Source of the DNA: an uncultured Bacilli bacterium
Lineage (GTDB): Bacteria; Bacillota_I; Bacilli_A; RF39; UBA660
Length of the DNA: 64,000 bases
Direction of reading: 5' to 3'
NCBI GenBank assembly: GCA_947625505.1
Contig: CANQON010000001.1
Coordinates: 28,950-92,949 of the forward strand
Shown here: in pieces, positions 60,901-64,000 of the stretch
Layout: each line of letters starts with the position of its first letter
Position numbering within the stretch: position 1 is the stretch's first letter
Program-made: the position numbers and the translations under genes
The notes under the pieces: generated by a model
Told to the model about the DNA's origin: nothing
Databases searched by the model: none
Seen by the model: only the letters and a program-made list of their open reading frames with translations

Positions 60901-62595
60901 GTAATTAAAAATGTTAATGATATTCATCGTAAAGAAGATTCTGTATCAAAAGGGGAACAATTAACAAATATTGTTAAATACTTATCAGAGTTAGCTGAAA
61001 AAGAGAATTATCATCCACATCGTTTATGGTTAAATAAAATACCTGATGTTATTTATGTAGATGAGTTAAAGAAAAAATATAATTATAAACCAAAACGTTT
61101 TGTTATGGATTCTATAATAGGGGAGTATGATGATCCATCTAATCAAAAACAAGATGTTGTTAAATTAAACTTATCTAGTGATGGCAATGCTTTAATATAT
61201 GGCTTACCTACTACAGGTAAAGAAAACTTATTAGCAACCATTATCTATTCAATGGTAACAGATCATAGTGTAGATGAATTAAATATGTATATTATGGATT
61301 TTGGAGCTGAAACATTACGTATGTTTCAAAATATTCCTCATATAGGTGATTTAGCTTACATTGAAGATGAAGAAAAAATAATTAAATTATTAGAATTAAT
61401 CGATAATGAAATAGAATTACGTAAGAATTTATTTGTTGACTATGCAGGTAGTTATATTGATTATTGTACGAATAGTGGAAATACTTTACCTACAATTGTT
61501 ATAATGATTAATGGTTATGAAAACTTCCAAGAAAATTTTGGTAAATATGAAGATAGTCTTTATACACTTATTCGTGAAAGTAATAAATATGGTATTTATT
61601 TTATAGTAGCGACATCTGTTAATAGTTGTATTCGTAGTCGTTTACTTCAAAACTTTAATAATCGTTTATCTATGCAACTATCTGATCCAATGGATTATCG
61701 TATTTTACTTAATGCTCCAAAAGATTTAAATCCTGCTCATAATTATGGACGTGGTATTGTTCGTATTAATGATACAGGTTTTGAATTCCAATCAGCATTT
61801 ATAACAGATAAAAATAGAATAGGTGACGCTATTAAGATATTAAGTGCACGTTTAAGTAATTATTATAAACGTCGTGCTCCTAAGATACCAATTTTACCTA
61901 AAAAGGTAATTGATAGTAGTTTACCAATACCTAAGTCATTAGATCAGGTACCTATTGGTGTATTAAAGAAGAATGTAGAACCTGCTTATTATGATTTTGA
62001 ACGTAGTAAATATACAACAATTGGTACTAATATCTTAGATGATAAATTGCCATTCTTTAATGCTTTATTACGTAAATTAAGTGCTATACCAAATTTAAGA
62101 ATTAAAGTAATTGATGCTTATCAAGCATATCAACCACAGATACCGAATGTTACTGTTTATAGTAAAGATTTTGATCAAGTTATTAACATGATGTATCAAG
62201 AACTTGATATTGAAGAAAAACAAAATTATAAAACATTATATTTTGTAGTTGGTATTGGACAGTTAAAAGTAAGATTAAGTAAAGAAGCTCAAACTAAATA
62301 TATGACTATTTTAGGATCATTAAAGAATTTTATTAATAGTTATTTTATCGCTATTGATAGTATTCAAGCTTTACGAAGTCTTGAGTTAGATAGTTGGTAT
62401 CGTAATAATGTCTCTAGATCTGATGGTATATGGTTAGGTGATGGCTTTGGTAGTCAAAGTATTATTAAAGTTTCTAACTTTACTTTAGAAGATCGTAAAG
62501 TAAGCTATCCAGAAATTGCTTATATTGCTAATAAGGGAAAATATGAATTTGTTAAATATATGATTGAAGAGGAGACTGATCAAGATGAGGAATAA
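58000..62595 (+). CDS. essC: T7SS FtsK/SpoIIIE-family ATPase EssC/YukB, paralogue 2 (about 1532 aa)
   Basis: Same architecture as paralogue 1. D1 is nearly identical ([52 protein letters not shown]), while the FHA region, the D2 P-loop (GLPTTGKEN) and the C-terminal D3 have diverged. RBS TAGGGGT precedes the ATG at 58000, which aligns with the paralogue-1 N-terminus (MLVSLI vs MLISIM). Confidence 0.9.
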   Translation: [1531 protein letters not shown]

Positions 62596-62839
62596 AGTAT
62601 TAGTCGAAATTACTGTTCCCGAAATAGATCAAACATATAATGCTTTTTTACCTATTAATAAAAAAGTAGGGAATATACTAGTCTTGATTACTAAAGCTAT
62701 AAGTGATATGAGTAATAATAATTATCAAGTATCAACTACTAATGCTTTATATAATCGTATAACAGGTGAAAAATATAACACAGATGATTTAATACGTGAG
62801 ACAAATATTAGAAATGGTACTAAATTAGTATTATTATAG
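62585..62839 (+). CDS. second YukD/EsaB-like ubiquitin-fold protein, translationally coupled to essC-2
   Basis: It is a paralogue of 51412–51663 (VLVEITVPEIDQTYNAFLPINKKVG…ETNIRNGTKLVLL). Its start overlaps the essC-2 stop by 11 nt. RBS GAGGAG lies inside essC-2. Confidence 0.65.
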   Translation: MRNKVLVEITVPEIDQTYNAFLPINKKVGNILVLITKAISDMSNNNYQVSTTNALYNRITGEKYNTDDLIRETNIRNGTKLVLL

Positions 62840-62893
62840 AAGAATTATATAATTCTTCTTTTTTTACAAAAAAAATAAGGTAAAACCTTATTT
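62838..62893. terminator. convergent pair of intrinsic terminators
   Basis: + strand: GAAGAATTAT/ATAATTCTTC palindrome followed by T7. – strand: AATAAGGT-aaa-ACCTTATT with T8 on the complementary strand. Confidence 0.8.
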
Positions 62894-63199
62894 TATGATT
62901 TGTATTCTTTCTTTAATTACGGTTGCATCAATTTTATCAAAAAGATCACAAACTTCTAAAGAAGTATTATTCATTTCAACAATGCTAGTATTAACATAGT
63001 CTTTAATAAGCACACAATTACCTTTAACTTTACGTATTGCCTCAGGCAAAGCATTTAAATAAGTTCGGTAACTAAATCCTGATGGAATATCTAATCCTTC
63101 AGCTATATTAATAGCTGAAATTAATTCATCGATACCATCATCAATAACAGGCATAAAATAAGATTTTAAGCCATTCGTATTAATAAGTAATTTACTCAT
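62888..63199 (-). CDS. small helical protein (about 103 aa) in the minus-strand Esx-like cluster
   Basis: It overlaps the upstream gene by 8 nt (coupled). It is acidic and predicted alpha-helical. No WxG. Confidence 0.5.
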   Translation of the reverse strand: MSKLLINTNGLKSYFMPVIDDGIDELISAINIAEGLDIPSGFSYRTYLNALPEAIRKVKGNCVLIKDYVNTSIVEMNNTSLEVCDLFDKIDATVIKERIQIIK

Positions 63200-63506
63200 T
63201 ATTTATTTCTACCTTTCGCATAGTCGTTTCAATTTTCTCAGCTGTTTCTTGAAATAGCATACCGAATCTTTTTAAGTTATTATATAAGTTTATATATATT
63301 TCTTTTTCTTGCGTGACTTGAGCGATATATCTATCTGCATCATCACCTTGCCAACCATCTTCACGAGTATTTAAATTACTAATATAAGTAAAAATTGTTT
63401 CAATTATTTCTTCATAGTCATCTGCTAAAGCTACGATATCTTGACCACAAGATTTTATTTTTTTAGTATCACAATCAATACTAGTCATTATTTCTTGTTC
63501 CTCCAT
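63192..63506 (-). CDS. WXG100-like protein (104 aa) with a central WxG
   Basis: …TREDGWQGDDADRYIAQV… is a central W-Q-G between two helical segments, the WXG100 (EsxA/Lap-like) hallmark. Confidence 0.55.
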   Translation of the reverse strand: MEEQEIMTSIDCDTKKIKSCGQDIVALADDYEEIIETIFTYISNLNTREDGWQGDDADRYIAQVTQEKEIYINLYNNLKRFGMLFQETAEKIETTMRKVEINNE

Positions 63507-63520
63507 ATAATAGTAGCATC

Positions 63521-63835
63521 CTATATTTTATCAGCATTTAAATCCAATTCATGAAGACGTGTTATTTCAATATTTAGTTGAGCAATACGACTATTTATCG
63601 TTGGTATTATTTTAGTAATTAGAATATTGTAGATATTATTAATAGAATCAACACTATCTTTTAATTTACTATTATCAGCAATATCACTATCAATACGGTA
63701 GTATTTACCTAATTGATTAGTGGCACTTTCAATATTCGTTGTACTAGTATTTAAGTGTGAACAAATACTTTTTATATTATCCATTAATTTATAATATCTA
63801 TTACGTTCATATTCTAATTCTGATATTAAAGACAT
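63521..63835 (-). CDS. small helical protein (104 aa), Esx/Lap-like helper candidate
   Basis: RBS GGAGG is 6 nt upstream of the ATG. Coiled-coil-like composition and the same size class as its neighbours. Confidence 0.5.
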   Translation of the reverse strand: MSLISELEYERNRYYKLMDNIKSICSHLNTSTTNIESATNQLGKYYRIDSDIADNSKLKDSVDSINNIYNILITKIIPTINSRIAQLNIEITRLHELDLNADKI

Positions 63836-63847
63836 TGTAAGCCTCCG

Positions 63848-64000
63848 CTACATTTTACCTTCAAATGAGAAGCTAGTAGCATCTCCACGTACATCTGTAT
63901 CGACAGCTTCACTTTTAGCACTATATTCTTCTTTAGCTGTTTTTAAAGCTTGAATAGTAGCATCAATACGATGAATAACACCAGTTTTAACTGTTTCACA
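63848..64000 (-). CDS. 3' end of a minus-strand gene truncated by the window edge
   Basis: The reverse-complement reads …CETVKTGVIHRIDATIQALKTAKEEYSAKSEAVDTDVRGDATSFSFEGKM followed by TAG. The next gene begins 12 nt downstream. Confidence 0.4.
   Translation of the reverse strand, partial: CETVKTGVIHRIDATIQALKTAKEEYSAKSEAVDTDVRGDATSFSFEGKM

Overview
The window is a 64-kb, very AT-rich (about 28–30% GC) chromosomal segment from a low-GC Gram-positive bacterium (Bacillota-like), read with the standard genetic code. PolC (1590 aa) and the ~1540-aa EssC proteins are unbroken, so TGA is a stop. It is densely coding and mostly on the + strand. Housekeeping gene order matches Bacillus-type synteny: rimP–nusA–ylxR–infB–rbfA, then sepF–divIVA–(T-box)–ileS, then rlmN–prpC–prkC–rsgA–rpe. 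Other clear calls are miaA, rpsT, gpr, der, spoVIF, dusB, lysS, ackA, nrnA, polC, dnaE, rpmB, tig, ftsW/rodA, gpmI and engB. The presence of gpr and spoVIF suggests an endospore-forming lineage. No rRNA or tRNA genes, CRISPR arrays, transposases or integrases were seen. The region of interest is the last ~14 kb (49.7–64.0 kb), a non-canonical type VII secretion (T7SSb/Ess-Yuk-like) locus whose gene order is as follows. (1) A catalytically dead, C-terminally membrane-anchored paralogue of phosphoglycerate mutase GpmI; the real gpmI lies 1.7 kb upstream. (2) A YukD/EsaB-like ubiquitin-fold gene. (3) Two Esx-like genes, one with a WxG motif and one without. (4) A DUF4176-like gene fused to a Pro/Met-rich tail encoded by about 4.5 near-identical 96-bp tandem repeats. 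(5) An intrinsic terminator followed by a promoter. (6) Two full-length tandem EssC ATPases (1544 and 1532 aa) separated by their own terminator and promoter. (7) A second YukD-like gene translationally coupled to EssC-2. A convergent minus-strand cluster of ~100-aa WXG100-like proteins follows. No EssA, EssB or EsaA homologue is visible in the window. Smaller observations are a T-box leader with a CYTH gene inserted before ileS, a Cys-less membrane-anchored PTS-EIIB-like protein next to an orphan multi-TM histidine kinase, a truncated RimP behind a leader attenuator hairpin, a stand-alone Fic gene, and an M28 peptidase with an inserted TM hairpin.
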